The position numbers were made by a program, and so were the translations under genes. The notes under the pieces are model-generated. The model worked only from the letters and a program-made list of their open reading frames with translations. It did no database searches and was not told where the DNA came from. This document shows, one piece after another, positions 27,196 through 37,997 of a DNA stretch of 64,000 nt; within the stretch, counting starts at the first letter, position 1; every line of letters starts with the position of its first letter. The DNA is from an uncultured Candidatus Rokubacteria bacterium (GTDB lineage: Bacteria > Methylomirabilota > Methylomirabilia > Rokubacteriales > DASRDR01): the NCBI GenBank assembly GCA_963708025.1, contig CAVPSB010000016.1, positions 96,001 to 160,000 on the forward strand, given 5' to 3'.

Positions 27196-28857
27196 GTGAT
27201 CGTACGCCGGCAGGCGGCCGTCCTCCTCGGGCTCCTCGTCGTCCTCCTCTTCGCGGGTCTGGGCGCCACCGCCCTCACCGACCGTGACGAGGGCGCCAAC
27301 GCCGAGACCGCCCGCGAGATGCGCGAGCAGGCATCCTGGGTCTCACCGACCCTGAACTACGTGCCGCGGTTCGCGAAGCCCCCCCTGGTCTACTGGCTGA
27401 TGGCCGGCGGCTACGCGACGCTCGGGGTCGGCGAGACGGCCGCGCGCCTGCCCTCGGCGATCGCCATCGCCGCCCTCGTCCTCCTCCAGTACGCCTTCGC
27501 CCGCTGGGCCTTCGACCCGTCCACCGCGTTCCGCGCCGCCCTCATCCTCTTGCTCACCGGCCTCGTGGTGGCGCTGGGACGCCTGGCCCTGACCGACGCC
27601 CTGCTCGTCCTGTGCACCACCGCGGCCGGCTTCGCCTTCTTCCGCGCTCACCACGGGCCCCCGCCGCGCCGGCCCTGGTACGCCGCGATGTACGGGGCCC
27701 TGGCCCTCGGCACCCTGACCAAGGGACCGGTCGGCGTGCTCGTGCCCGCGATTGTCATCGCGTTCTATCTGGCGGTGGCCGGCGGCTGGCGGCGAGTGGG
27801 GCGGGAGGCCGGCCTCCCCTGGGGTCTGGCCCTCTTTCTCCTCGTCGCCGGGCCCTGGTTCGCGGCGATGTGGTGGCTCCACGGCGGGACGTTCCTCGCG
27901 CGGGCGCAGGGCGAGACCCTGGGCCGGGTGTTCCGGACGGTCACCGGGCCGGGCGGCACCGTGCTCTTCTACCTTCCGGTCGTCCTCGTCGGCCTCTTCC
28001 CCTGGAGCGCGCTCCTGCCGGGGACGCTCGTCGAGGCTCTCCGCGGGGCGCGCCGGCGCGCCGCCGAGAATCGCGTGGAGGCGGCGGGCGTCTTCACGGC
28101 GATCTGGGTCGTGGCGGTGCTCGTCCTCTTCTCGCTCTTCCAGAGCCGACTGCCCCACTACGTGGCCCCGCTGTTCCCGGCCGCCGCGCTCCTGCTCGCG
28201 GCCCGGTGGCCCGCGCGCGTGCCGGCCATGGCGCGTGTCCTGCTCGCCGCGCTCGGGCTCCTGTGCGGCGGCACGCTCATCGCCGCCACCGCGCTCGGGC
28301 CGATCATGGCCCGGCTCCTCACCCCGGCCTATCCGGCCGCCCGCGAGGCGGCGCTGCCAGGCAGCCTGGTGGTCCTCGGGCTGCTGGCCCTGGCGACCGG
28401 GGCCGCGGCGCTCTTCCGGGATGGCCGGCGGCTGTTCCCCCTGCTGGCCACCGCCACCGCGCTCCTGTTCGCGGTCGGCGTCCACCTCGCGTGGCCGGCC
28501 TTCGATGCCCGCTTCGTGGCCCCGGCCGGCCAGCTCGCCCGCGCCGCCGGGGCCATGGCCCGGCCGTGCGACGACGTCGTGGTGATCGAGCCCTACCGGC
28601 CGAGCCTCGCCTGGTACGCCCGCCGTCCGGTGCACTTCGTCGGCATCCGCGATGCCTCCCGGCTCGCCGAGATCGCCGCTCGGCCGGGCCGGCTCTTCGT
28701 CCTCACGCCGCGGCTGCGGGTGGGGGATCTCCCGGCGGCCGTCGCCGCGCTGGCGCCGCTCGACACGCGCGGGGGCTACGTGCTGCTGGGCAGCGCTCCG
28801 GTCGGCCCGTGTCCCGGCGCCGCCCCGGAGGCCCGAGCGGGTACAATCACCCCATGA
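27196..28857 (+). CDS. ArnT/PMT-family (GT-C) glycosyltransferase (ORF extends to ATG 27175)
   Basis: DRDEG...AREM, RFAKPPLVYW, AARLPSA, LTKGPVG; many TM helices. Confidence 0.9.
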   Translation: MIVRRQAAVLLGLLVVLLFAGLGATALTDRDEGANAETAREMREQASWVSPTLNYVPRFAKPPLVYWLMAGGYATLGVGETAARLPSAIAIAALVLLQYAFARWAFDPSTAFRAALILLLTGLVVALGRLALTDALLVLCTTAAGFAFFRAHHGPPPRRPWYAAMYGALALGTLTKGPVGVLVPAIVIAFYLAVAGGWRRVGREAGLPWGLALFLLVAGPWFAAMWWLHGGTFLARAQGETLGRVFRTVTGPGGTVLFYLPVVLVGLFPWSALLPGTLVEALRGARRRAAENRVEAAGVFTAIWVVAVLVLFSLFQSRLPHYVAPLFPAAALLLAARWPARVPAMARVLLAALGLLCGGTLIAATALGPIMARLLTPAYPAAREAALPGSLVVLGLLALATGAAALFRDGRRLFPLLATATALLFAVGVHLAWPAFDARFVAPAGQLARAAGAMARPCDDVVVIEPYRPSLAWYARRPVHFVGIRDASRLAEIAARPGRLFVLTPRLRVGDLPAAVAALAPLDTRGGYVLLGSAPVGPCPGAAPEARAGTITP

Positions 28858-30617
28858 CGGGCCGCGTCGCACACCGTGATCCGGGCGGGGCCGAGAAGCG
28901 AGCCGCGCCCATCGGCGAACGACGCGGGGAGGAGCCGACCGCCGGCGCGCCCCGGTTGGCCGGGGCCGGGCTCATCGTCGCCCTGGGCCTCGCGCTCTAT
29001 CTGCCGGGGCTCGGCGCGGAGATCCTCCGCCATCCCCTGGAGGCGCGATACGCGCTGGCCGCGCGCGAGATGCTCCGCGGCGGCCCCCTGCTCGTCGCGC
29101 ATCTCTTCGGCGAGCTGTACCCGGACAAGCCCCCGCTCTACTTCTGGGTCACGGCGCTGTTCGGCTGGCTCGACGGGGGCCGGATCGGGGAGGCCACGGC
29201 GCGACTGCCTGCCGCGCTGGCCGCGCTGGCCGGACTGCTCCTGGTCTACCGGCTCGGCGGCGACCTCTTCGGCCGGCGGAGCGGTCTGCTGGCCGCGCTG
29301 GTGCTCGCGACCAGCAATCTCTTCTTCTGGTACGCGCGCCAGGGCCATCCGGATCAGTTCCTGACGGTATTCGTCACCCTCGCCTGTCTTGGCCTCTGGC
29401 GGGTGCTCGGCTCGCCCGGCGGTGCGGCCCGGAATGCCTGGGTCGCCGTCGCCTACGTGGCCATGGGGCTCGGCGTGCTGAGCAAGGGCCTCCTCGGGCT
29501 CGTCCTCCCGCTCCTCGCCGGGCTCGTGTACGCGGCGGCCACCGGTCCCCTCCGCGCGGTGCCGGCCCGCCTCCGTCTCGGCCCCGGCCTCGGGATCTTC
29601 CTGGCCGTCGTCCTCGCCTGGTACGGGCCGGCCGTCCTCCGCTACGGCACGAGCTATCTCTACGAGACGCTGGTTCACCAGCACGCGGTGCGTTACGCCG
29701 AGACGTGGGCGCACAAGGCGCCCTGGTACTACTACTTCGGCGAGTTCCCCTCGGGGTTCTTCCCCTGGGTACTCTTCCTGCCCGGGGCGTTCGTTCTCGG
29801 CTGGCGGCCCGGCGACGAGGAGGCGGGCGGCCGGGCCGGGTCGGGGTCCCGGCCGTTCCTCTTCCCGCTCGGCTGGTTCGTGGCCGGCTTCATCTTCTTC
29901 AGCTTCTCGTCCGGCAAGCGCGGCGCCTACCTGCTCCCTCTGTACCCGGCGGCGGCGCTCATGGTGGGCTGGGTGTGGGATCGGATGCTCGCGCGCGGAA
30001 CGGGCACCCGCTGGGTGGGGATCCCGCTGGGGGTAATGAGCGGGGCCGCGGCCTTCCTGGCGTTCGGCCTCCTGGCCATCGGCCTCGGCCTCGTGTCCCG
30101 CCGGCTCGTCCCGGGACGCATGGTGCACACGCTCGTGCCCGGCGACCCCCGGCTCCTGGGGGTGGCGGTCCTGCTCCTCCTCGCCGGCGCCGCCGCCGTG
30201 TGGCTCCTGTGGGCGCGCGGACGACCGGCCGGCACCTTCGCGGCGCTGGTGGCGGTGCAGGCGGTCCTGCTGCTCACGGTCGCCACCGTGCGCGCCCCGC
30301 AGTACGAGGCCGAGTATCCCGTCCGGGCGTTCGTCGCCCGTGTCCGGGCCGCGGTGCCGCCCGGCCAGCCGCTCTTCTCGCTGCTCTACGACTACGACAA
30401 CCTCGTCGCCTTCTACCTGGACCGGCCCATCCGGCCGCTGCCCGGCCCGTCGGAGCTGCTCGCCACCCGGGCCGCCGACGGGCCGCGCTACGGCCTCGTC
30501 GATAACGACGACCTCGCGATCCTGGAGCAGCCGGGCGTCTCCGTGCTCGCCGAGACCCGGCTCGGTCCCAAGCGCGTCGTGCTGATCCGCCTCGACCCCC
30601 GCCCGCCCGCCTCCTGA
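28854..30617 (+). CDS. Second ArnT/PMT-family glycosyltransferase
   Basis: EARYALAAREM, YPDKPPLYFW, ARLPAA, LSKG, PWYYY, KRGAYLLP. Confidence 0.9.
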   Translation: MTGRVAHRDPGGAEKRAAPIGERRGEEPTAGAPRLAGAGLIVALGLALYLPGLGAEILRHPLEARYALAAREMLRGGPLLVAHLFGELYPDKPPLYFWVTALFGWLDGGRIGEATARLPAALAALAGLLLVYRLGGDLFGRRSGLLAALVLATSNLFFWYARQGHPDQFLTVFVTLACLGLWRVLGSPGGAARNAWVAVAYVAMGLGVLSKGLLGLVLPLLAGLVYAAATGPLRAVPARLRLGPGLGIFLAVVLAWYGPAVLRYGTSYLYETLVHQHAVRYAETWAHKAPWYYYFGEFPSGFFPWVLFLPGAFVLGWRPGDEEAGGRAGSGSRPFLFPLGWFVAGFIFFSFSSGKRGAYLLPLYPAAALMVGWVWDRMLARGTGTRWVGIPLGVMSGAAAFLAFGLLAIGLGLVSRRLVPGRMVHTLVPGDPRLLGVAVLLLLAGAAAVWLLWARGRPAGTFAALVAVQAVLLLTVATVRAPQYEAEYPVRAFVARVRAAVPPGQPLFSLLYDYDNLVAFYLDRPIRPLPGPSELLATRAADGPRYGLVDNDDLAILEQPGVSVLAETRLGPKRVVLIRLDPRPPAS

Positions 30618-30628
30618 CCGGGCTCGGT

Positions 30629-31879
30629 CTACCGCATCCCGCGGGCCAGGCGCGCGCTCTCCGGGCGGAGCCGGAGCCACACCGTCGAGGCCAGCCCCGC
30701 CAGCCCGCCGACGCCGAGGAGGGCGTAGGCCCAGCCCCACTCGGTGTAGGGTCGCCCGGTGTTGGTCGCGTCCAGCACCAGGCCGAAAGCCGACTGGGCG
30801 ATGGCGCCGGCACCGAAGCCGAGGAGCGAGCGGAGTGCCAGGGCCGAGCCGAGCACGTGGGGCGCCACCACCTCGGTCAGGCCGACCGAGAGCACCGGCG
30901 AGTCGCCCACCGCGCTGAACCCGTAGACGAGCCCGACGACGAGCAGGATCCAGAACGGCGCCGCCACCAGCCAGCCGAAGAGGAACGAGCAGGTCGTGCT
31001 CACCGCCAGCATGCCGATGATCACGGCGGTGCGGCCGAAGCGGTCGGACAGCCAGCCGGCGCTCAGCGAGGCCACGAAGCCCGTCAGGTGGAAGAGCGCG
31101 GTGAGCCGGGCGCCGCCGAAGGTCGCCTGCCCCAGCTCGACGCCATCCCGCATGAGGGAGGCCGAGAGGAAGGCGGGCGTCCAGGCCCACATGCCGAGCA
31201 GCTCCCAGGAGTGGAACGTGTAGGCGGCCATCAGGAGGAGCGCGCCCGGGTTCCTCAGCACCTCGGCGGCGAAGCCCTGGCCGGCGGCCGGCGGGTGGAC
31301 CCGGGTGGGCGTGTCCCACACGGTCCAGGCGGCGACGACGGCGGCGACGACGGGACCCAAGGAGGCGGCGGTCAGCGCGGCCCGCCAGCCCCAGCGGGCC
31401 AGGACGGCGCCGGTCAGGAAGAGGGACCCCGCGTACCCGATGGAGGTGGCGGCGAGGAAGAAGCCCGTGGCGCTCCCACGCGTGGACGCCGGGAAGCGGT
31501 CGGCGATGAGGATGAGCCCGGGCGTGTAGTTGCCGCCGATCATCAGCGCCGTCAGCCCGTAGAGGAGCGCGGCGGAGAGTGGTCCATCGGCGAGGAGGGC
31601 GAAGGCCATGGCGGCGGGAGCGCCGGCGAGGCTCGACCAAAGGAACACCGGCCGGGCGCCGATCCGGTCGGCCAGGAGGTTCCAGCCGACCAGGGAGATC
31701 GCGTAGCCGATCTGGAAGGCCGAGGCGACCGAGCCGGCCGCCGCCGCCGACATGTCCCAGTCCCGCTGGAGCACCGGGAGCACTGCGGCGTAGCTCGTGA
31801 AGACCAGGGCCATCAGGAAGCGCGACAGGCAGACCCCGGCCAGCCACGCCGTGTCACGGCGCGCCGTCGTGCTGGACAT
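30629..31879 (-). CDS. MFS transporter
   Basis: 12-TM pattern; LADRIG and GWLSDRFGRT loops; HSWELLGMWAW. Confidence 0.9.
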   Translation of the reverse strand: MSSTTARRDTAWLAGVCLSRFLMALVFTSYAAVLPVLQRDWDMSAAAAGSVASAFQIGYAISLVGWNLLADRIGARPVFLWSSLAGAPAAMAFALLADGPLSAALLYGLTALMIGGNYTPGLILIADRFPASTRGSATGFFLAATSIGYAGSLFLTGAVLARWGWRAALTAASLGPVVAAVVAAWTVWDTPTRVHPPAAGQGFAAEVLRNPGALLLMAAYTFHSWELLGMWAWTPAFLSASLMRDGVELGQATFGGARLTALFHLTGFVASLSAGWLSDRFGRTAVIIGMLAVSTTCSFLFGWLVAAPFWILLVVGLVYGFSAVGDSPVLSVGLTEVVAPHVLGSALALRSLLGFGAGAIAQSAFGLVLDATNTGRPYTEWGWAYALLGVGGLAGLASTVWLRLRPESARLARGMR

Positions 31880-31896
31880 CGACGCCGGCCGCGGGG

Positions 31897-32682
31897 CTAG
31901 GTGCGGGCCTGGGCGGAGGGTCGGTAGGTCTTGGGCCCGAGCGGGACGATGCCCCCGTCCACGAAGATGGTGGTGCCGGTCGTGGACCGGGCATCGGCGG
32001 CCAGGAAGACTGCGGCCTCGGCGAGGTCCTCGGGGGTCGGCAGCGCACCCGTCGCCGCCGCCTGCCGGCCCTCCTCGAGCACGCCGGGCGGCCAGTCCAC
32101 GAAGCCGGTGTCGACCAGGCCCGGGGCCAGGTTGTTCACCCGCACCGTCGGCCCGAAGGCCCGGGCCAGCGATCGGGTGAGGCTGGTCAGGGCCGCCTTC
32201 GACGCGCAGTACGCCATGGACGAGCCCATCCCGTGGAACGCGGCGACCGAGGTCACGTTGATGATGACGCCGCGGCCCTGCCGCTGCATCTGCGGGATGG
32301 CGTGCCGGATGCAGTACCAGGCGCCGAGGAGATTCACCCCCAGCGTCTTCTGCCAGACCTCGTCGGTGAGCGCGTCCAGGTCCGAGTGGGGCGTCCTCCG
32401 GGTCCACCCCGCGTTGTTCACGAGGATGTCGAGCCGGCCCCACTCCTTGACCACGTCGTCCACCAGCCGGCGGGCGTCGGCCTCCTTCGACACGTCACCC
32501 TGCAGCGGGATGGCCTGTCCCCCGGCGGCCTCGATCTGGCGGACGGTGTCCTCGGCCCGGTCGCGGGACTTCGAGTAGTTCACCGCCACCTGGCCGCCCT
32601 CGCGGGCGAACGCCCGCGAGATGCCCCGTCCGATGCCGGTCCCGCCGCCGGTGACCAGCGCGACCTGTCCCTTCAGTCTCAC
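31897..32682 (-). CDS. Short-chain dehydrogenase/reductase
   Basis: TGGGTGIG, NNAG, YCASK; AGGAG RBS. Confidence 0.93.
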   Translation of the reverse strand: MRLKGQVALVTGGGTGIGRGISRAFAREGGQVAVNYSKSRDRAEDTVRQIEAAGGQAIPLQGDVSKEADARRLVDDVVKEWGRLDILVNNAGWTRRTPHSDLDALTDEVWQKTLGVNLLGAWYCIRHAIPQMQRQGRGVIINVTSVAAFHGMGSSMAYCASKAALTSLTRSLARAFGPTVRVNNLAPGLVDTGFVDWPPGVLEEGRQAAATGALPTPEDLAEAAVFLAADARSTTGTTIFVDGGIVPLGPKTYRPSAQART

Positions 32683-32692
32683 GTCGATTCTC

Positions 32693-33451
32693 CTACGCCT
32701 GCGGCTGGTGAATGACGAGCGGAACACCCCGTGTCGCGGCCGGACCGAGGACGAGTCCCACGGCCTCCTGCCGGAACGCGACCTTCTGGTCCTGGAGGCG
32801 GGTGGCGAGGCCGGTGAGATCCCGGGTCATGAGCCGCAGCATGGAGATGCGCGGCTTCCCCGAGGTCGCGCTGGCTGGGGAGAGCTGGAGCATGACGTCG
32901 CCACTGGCGAGCTGGGCCAGCGTCCAGTCGGGCCGCGACATGCGGATGGTCAGGCTGAACAGGTCGCGGTAGAGGTGGGCGGCGCCCTCCACGCCCTCCA
33001 CGACCAGGTGGACGACGGTCAGCGTCAACGGGGCGTCGGCCGGCGGGGTCTTCTCGATCGGCGTGGCCACCTCGATCAGGATCCCGGCGCACGCCCGGGG
33101 GTGGATGAAGGCGATCATCCCGGCCAGCCCCTTCCGCGGGCGGGCGTCGATCATCTCGACCCCGGTGCCGTCGAAGCGCTTGACGTCACGGGCGACGTCG
33201 TCCGACTCGAAGCACAGGTGATGCAGCCCCTCGCCTTGGCTCTGGAGGTACCGTCCGACGGGCGAGTCGGGCGTCGTCGGCTCCAGCAGCTCGATCTCGA
33301 TCGACCCGCAGGCCAGGAGGGCGGCCCGGACCCCCTGGTCCTTCACCTCGGCTTCGCGGGTCACCGACAGGCCGAGCGTGTCACGCCACAACGCGTAGCC
33401 GCTGGCGAGGTCCTGGACGACGAGGCCGATGTGATGGACGCGCTTGATCAT
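32693..33451 (-). CDS. VOC/glyoxalase protein: methylmalonyl-CoA epimerase-like domain plus a second degenerate VOC domain
   Basis: HHIGLVV, DQGVRAA, IELLEP, EGLHHLCF, AFIHP...GILIE. Confidence 0.85.
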   Translation of the reverse strand: MIKRVHHIGLVVQDLASGYALWRDTLGLSVTREAEVKDQGVRAALLACGSIEIELLEPTTPDSPVGRYLQSQGEGLHHLCFESDDVARDVKRFDGTGVEMIDARPRKGLAGMIAFIHPRACAGILIEVATPIEKTPPADAPLTLTVVHLVVEGVEGAAHLYRDLFSLTIRMSRPDWTLAQLASGDVMLQLSPASATSGKPRISMLRLMTRDLTGLATRLQDQKVAFRQEAVGLVLGPAATRGVPLVIHQPQA

Positions 33452-33513
33452 GGCCGTTCCCGGGCCCTCACCAACGTACCCCAACGGGCAGGGTCATTTC
33501 AAACGGTCTCCGC

Positions 33514-34626
33514 CTACTTGAGCCCGAGCAGGCTGAAGACGGGCACCGGCTTGAGAAACCCCTTGAGCGGCAGCGCGCCGACCGGCTCCGCCGCGATCAG
33601 GGCCTCGACCGCCCCCAGGACCCGCCCGGAGATCAGGATCTGGCCGGGCTTCGCCTCCCCGCAGAGGCGGAAGGCGAGGTTGGTCACGGTGCCGATCGCG
33701 CCGTAGTCCCAGCGCCCTTCGAAGCCGATGGCGCCGATGGTGGCGTAGCCCTGGGCGATGCCGATGCCGATGCCGAGGTCGTCACCGCGCCGGCGCCACT
33801 TCTCGGCCAGGCCCGCCATCGTCTCCCGCATCGCCACCGCCATCCGCACCGCGCGCTCCGCGTGATCGGGGACGGGCACCGGGTCGTTGAAGAAGATCAT
33901 CATCCCGTCGCCGGCGAACCGCTCGAGGGTCCCCTCGTGGGCCAGGACCTCCCGCCCCATCGCCCCGTGGTACTCCCGCAGCACTCCCATGACCTCTTCC
34001 GGCTCGGCCGTCTCGGCGAAGGCCGTGTAGCCCCGGAGATCGAGGAACACCACCGTCAGGTCCCGCCGGTGGGTCTTCAGGGGATCCTCGGCGCCCCCGG
34101 CCAGGATCAGCTCGGCGAGCTGCGGGGAGAAGAACCGCTTGAGCCGGTCCAGCCGCTCGAGCTGGCCCACCTGGTCCTGGACGCGCTGCTCCAGGGTCTG
34201 GTTCCAGTCGGCGAGCTGGCCGGCCTGCGCCTGCACGGTGTCGTAGAGGATCTTGATCCGCAGGAGCGAGCGGACCCGGGCGAGCAGCTCGGGCTGGTTG
34301 ATCGGCTTCGTGAGGAAGTCGTCGGCCCCGGCCTCCAGGCCCCGAACGCGCTCCTGCCCCGGATCGAGCGCGGTGACCATCACGATCGGCAGGATGCCGG
34401 TCGCCGGGTTGGCGCGGATCTTCTGGCACACCTCGTAGCCGCTCATGCCCGGCATCACGACGTCCAGCAGGACGAGATCCGGCCGGTCCGCCTCCACCCG
34501 CGCCAGCGCCTCGGCGCCGGAGGCGGCGGTCAGGACCTCGTAGCCTTTGGCCGTCAGGAGATCGGCGAGGAGCCGGACGTTGAGCGGGGTGTCGTCGACC
34601 ACGAGGATGCGGGCGGCGGCGGTCAC
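33514..34626 (-). CDS. Response regulator - class III adenylate/guanylate cyclase fusion
   Basis: REC (ILVVDD, LDVVMP, TKP), coiled linker, [24 protein letters not shown]. Confidence 0.93.
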   Translation of the reverse strand: MTAAARILVVDDTPLNVRLLADLLTAKGYEVLTAASGAEALARVEADRPDLVLLDVVMPGMSGYEVCQKIRANPATGILPIVMVTALDPGQERVRGLEAGADDFLTKPINQPELLARVRSLLRIKILYDTVQAQAGQLADWNQTLEQRVQDQVGQLERLDRLKRFFSPQLAELILAGGAEDPLKTHRRDLTVVFLDLRGYTAFAETAEPEEVMGVLREYHGAMGREVLAHEGTLERFAGDGMMIFFNDPVPVPDHAERAVRMAVAMRETMAGLAEKWRRRGDDLGIGIGIAQGYATIGAIGFEGRWDYGAIGTVTNLAFRLCGEAKPGQILISGRVLGAVEALIAAEPVGALPLKGFLKPVPVFSLLGLK

Positions 34627-35018
34627 GCGGCGCCTCCCGGGCTCCGTCCGCGGTCCAGCGTGGCCCGCACGGCCTCCAGGAACTCCCGGATGCTGATCGG
34701 CTTGGACTGGTACCCGTCGAAGCCGGCGGCCATGATCGCCTGACGGTTGTGGGTCATCGCGGAGGCGGTGACCGCGAGCACCGGGATGTCGCGGGTGCGG
34801 GCGTCGCCGCGGAGGATCTTCAGCGCGGCGATCCCATCCATGCCGGGGAGCTGGATGTCCATGAGGATCAGCGCCGGGCCCGATTCCTGGGCCACCCGGA
34901 TCCCCTCCTCGGCCGTCTCGGTCTCCACCGTTCGGTACCCCTTGGCCTGCAGCACGTCCCGGACGAGCTTCCGGTTCTTCTCGTGGTCCTCGACGATCAG
35001 GATCAGCTCGCCGGCCAT
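34623..35018 (-). CDS. Single-domain response regulator (DivK-like)
   Basis: [28 protein letters not shown]. Confidence 0.92.
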   Translation of the reverse strand: MAGELILIVEDHEKNRKLVRDVLQAKGYRTVETETAEEGIRVAQESGPALILMDIQLPGMDGIAALKILRGDARTRDIPVLAVTASAMTHNRQAIMAAGFDGYQSKPISIREFLEAVRATLDRGRSPGGAA

Positions 35019-37938
35019 GGTCGCACCGGGATGGTGAAAGTGAACGTCGAGCCCTTTCCGACCTCGCTCTTCACCCAGATCCTCCCTCCGTGCAGCTCGA
35101 CGAAGCGCCGGGCCAGCGCGAGGCCCAGGCCGGTGCCCTCGCGCTTCCGCGCGTAGTCGCCGCCCGCCTGGCGGAATTCCTCGAAGATGACCTCCTGGTC
35201 CTCGGGCGCGATGCCGATCCCGGTGTCGGTCACCGATACCTCCACGAAGCCGTCGGCCGGCACGGCGGCGACCGCGACCCGCCCGCCTTCCGGGGTGAAC
35301 TTGACGGCGTTGGAGAGGAGGTTGAGGAGGATCTGCTTGATCTTCCGCTCGTCGCCGGCCAGCTCGCCGACCCGGGGATCCACCGTGAGGCCGATCGTGA
35401 GCCCGTGGCGCTCGGCGCGCTCCCGGACCAGCGTGAGCGCGTTCTCCAGGGCGGCCGGGAGGCTGAAGCGGGCCAGCTCCAGCTCCATGCGGCCCGCCTC
35501 GATCTTGGACAGGTCCAGGATGTCGTTGATGAGCGAGAGGAGGTGGCGGCCCGAGGCGTGGATGTCCTGCATGTACTCGGCCTGCTTCGGGTTCAGCTCG
35601 CCGAACATCCGCTCCGACAGGACCTCCGAGAAGCCGATGATCGCGTTCAGCGGCGTCCGCAGCTCGTGCGACATGTTGGCGAGGAACTCGGACTTGTGGC
35701 GGCTGGCCGCCTCCAGCTCCGCGCTCTTCCCCTCCAGCTCGCGGAAGAGCCGGGCGTTCTGGATGGCCAGGGCCGACTGGGCGGCGAAGGTCCGGAGGAG
35801 GTCCATCGTCTCGGGCGGGAAGGCGCCCGGCGACTTGCGGGACAGGACCAGGCCCGCCGAGGATGCGATCCTCGCGAAGCAGCGGCACCGCCAGCACCGC
35901 GCGGAAGCCGGCCCGCGGCAGGATGTCGCGCAGCGGGCCCACGTAGGCGCCCTCCGCCGCGATGTCGGGAATCTGGATCGGCTCGCGGGTCACCGCGGCC
36001 TGCCCCACCGCCCCTTCCCCCGGACGCAGCGGGCGGCTCCGGAGCGCCTCCACCAGCGCCTCGTCGAACCGGTGCGTCGCCCGCAGCTGCATCTGTCCGG
36101 TGGCCTCGTCGTACTCGTAGATGGCACCGCCGTCGGTCCCCGAGAGCTCGTCGGCCCGCGACACGATGGTCGTCAGCACCGTCTCCAGGTCCAGGGTCGA
36201 GCTGACCGCCTGGCCGACCTCGCCGAGCGCCCGCAGCTCCTGGACGGACCGGGCGAGCTCGCCGGTTCGGGCCTGCAGCTCCTGGAAGAGGCGAACGTTC
36301 TCGATGGCGATGACCGCCTGGGCCGCGAAGGTTTCCAGCAGCTTGATCTGCTTCTCGGAGAACGGTCGGACATCGAGTCGCCGGATCAGGATGGCCCCGA
36401 GTGGCGCGCCCTCGCGCAGGAGGGGTGTGGCCAGCGTCGTCCGATGACCGACATCCTTCTGGTAGGCCTTGCCTTCCGGGATACTCGGTGTCCGATTCGG
36501 CGGCGAGATCGTGAACGTGGACCGTCCGCCGGTCCACGACCGCGCGCCCGGTGACCCAGTTCCGCGGCTGACCGGCATCCCGCGCTGGAAGACGTCCGGC
36601 CGAATGCCGAGCGATCCGTCGGGAGGCCACCAGGCGAAGGATCGCCTTGAACGCGAAAGATCAGCGCATCGGTGGCCTCGCAGAGCTTGGCCGCACTGCT
36701 CGGCGACCGCGTCGAGCACCGGCTGGATGTCCGTCGGCGAGCTGGAGATGACCCGCAGGATCTCCGCCGTCGCCGTCTGCTGCTCCAGGGCCTCGGTGAG
36801 GTCGCGCGTCCGCTCCTCGACCTTCCGCTCCAGGCCGGCGTAGGACTCGTGGAGCTCCGCGGCCATGCTGTTGAACTGCCGGGCCAGCGCCTCCAGCTCG
36901 TCGCCGGTCCGGACGTCGATCCGCTGGTCGAGGGCGCCGGCTCCGATCCGGGCGGCGCCGGCCTGGAGCGCGCGGATGGGCGTGACCATCCGCCGGGCGA
37001 GAAGGAGGCTGGCGAGTACCGCAAGACCGATACCGAGCAGGATGAGGATGGCCGTCCGTTTGATGGAGGCCGTCAACGGCTCGAACGCCTCGGCGAGCGG
37101 AAGGTCCACGAACACGAGCCAGCCGAGCGGCGCGATGAGGGCGGAGGCCGTCGAGGACCTGCCGCCCGCTCAGGTCCCGGGCCACGATCGCTTCCTCGCG
37201 CTCCGCGGCCGGGCGGCCGGCGGCGGCCTGGGTCGCCTTCACGTGGGGCAACGAGCACATGTCCGTCTTCTGGAGGACCAGGCTGATGTCCGGGTGGGCG
37301 ATCAGGAGGCAGCGGGCGTCCACGACGTACGCGTGGCCGCCGCGGCCGACCTGACCGACCTTGATCTGGGAGACGACGTCCCAGATGAACTTGAGGTTGA
37401 CCTCGGCCACCGTGACGCCGGCCTCGTCCCCCCGCCCGGCGACCGAGAGGGTCATGTACGGCTCGGATTCCTTCCGGAAGTAGACGGGCCCGAACCAGGT
37501 CGTCCCCGGCCGGGCCTCGCGGAACTTCGGCTCCCGCGCGACGTCGATCCCGCTGCCGACCCGGTCCATCGCCAGCCGGGACACGTTGAGCTGCTCACGG
37601 CCGGCGCCGTCGAGGAGGCTGATCTCGGTGACGGCGGGGACCTGCCGGAGGAGCCGGAGGTAGTCGAACCGGCGCTGCTCGAGCGTCGACCGGACGCCGA
37701 TCTGGGGCTGGCTGGCCCAGCCGACCTGGCGCTCGATCTCCTTGATGAACTGCTCGATCCGGGTCGAGGCCGCCAGCGCCTTCTCACGCTGGAGGGCCCC
37801 CAGCGCCGCCTTGTTCTCCTGGTAGGAGAAATAGATCTCGAGGAGGCCGCTGGTGAGCAGGGCCCCGCTGACCAGGCTGACGAAGAGGACGACGTACTTT
37901 CGGAAGAGCCGCCCGCGCGGCTCACGCACGGACGCCAT
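35003..37938 (-). CDS. Membrane sensor kinase (TM-Cache-TM-HAMP-GAF-GAF-HisKA-HATPase), split by several frameshifts
   Basis: Pieces in ORFs 36661-37938, 34623-37115 and 35003-35806 join at about 37155, 36690-36470 and 35855; [25 protein letters not shown]. Confidence 0.85.
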
Positions 37939-37997
37939 CGCGCCTCCAGGACCGTATCATTCGGCACCCATTGTAGCGCGGTCAGGCAGCCGCCCGG

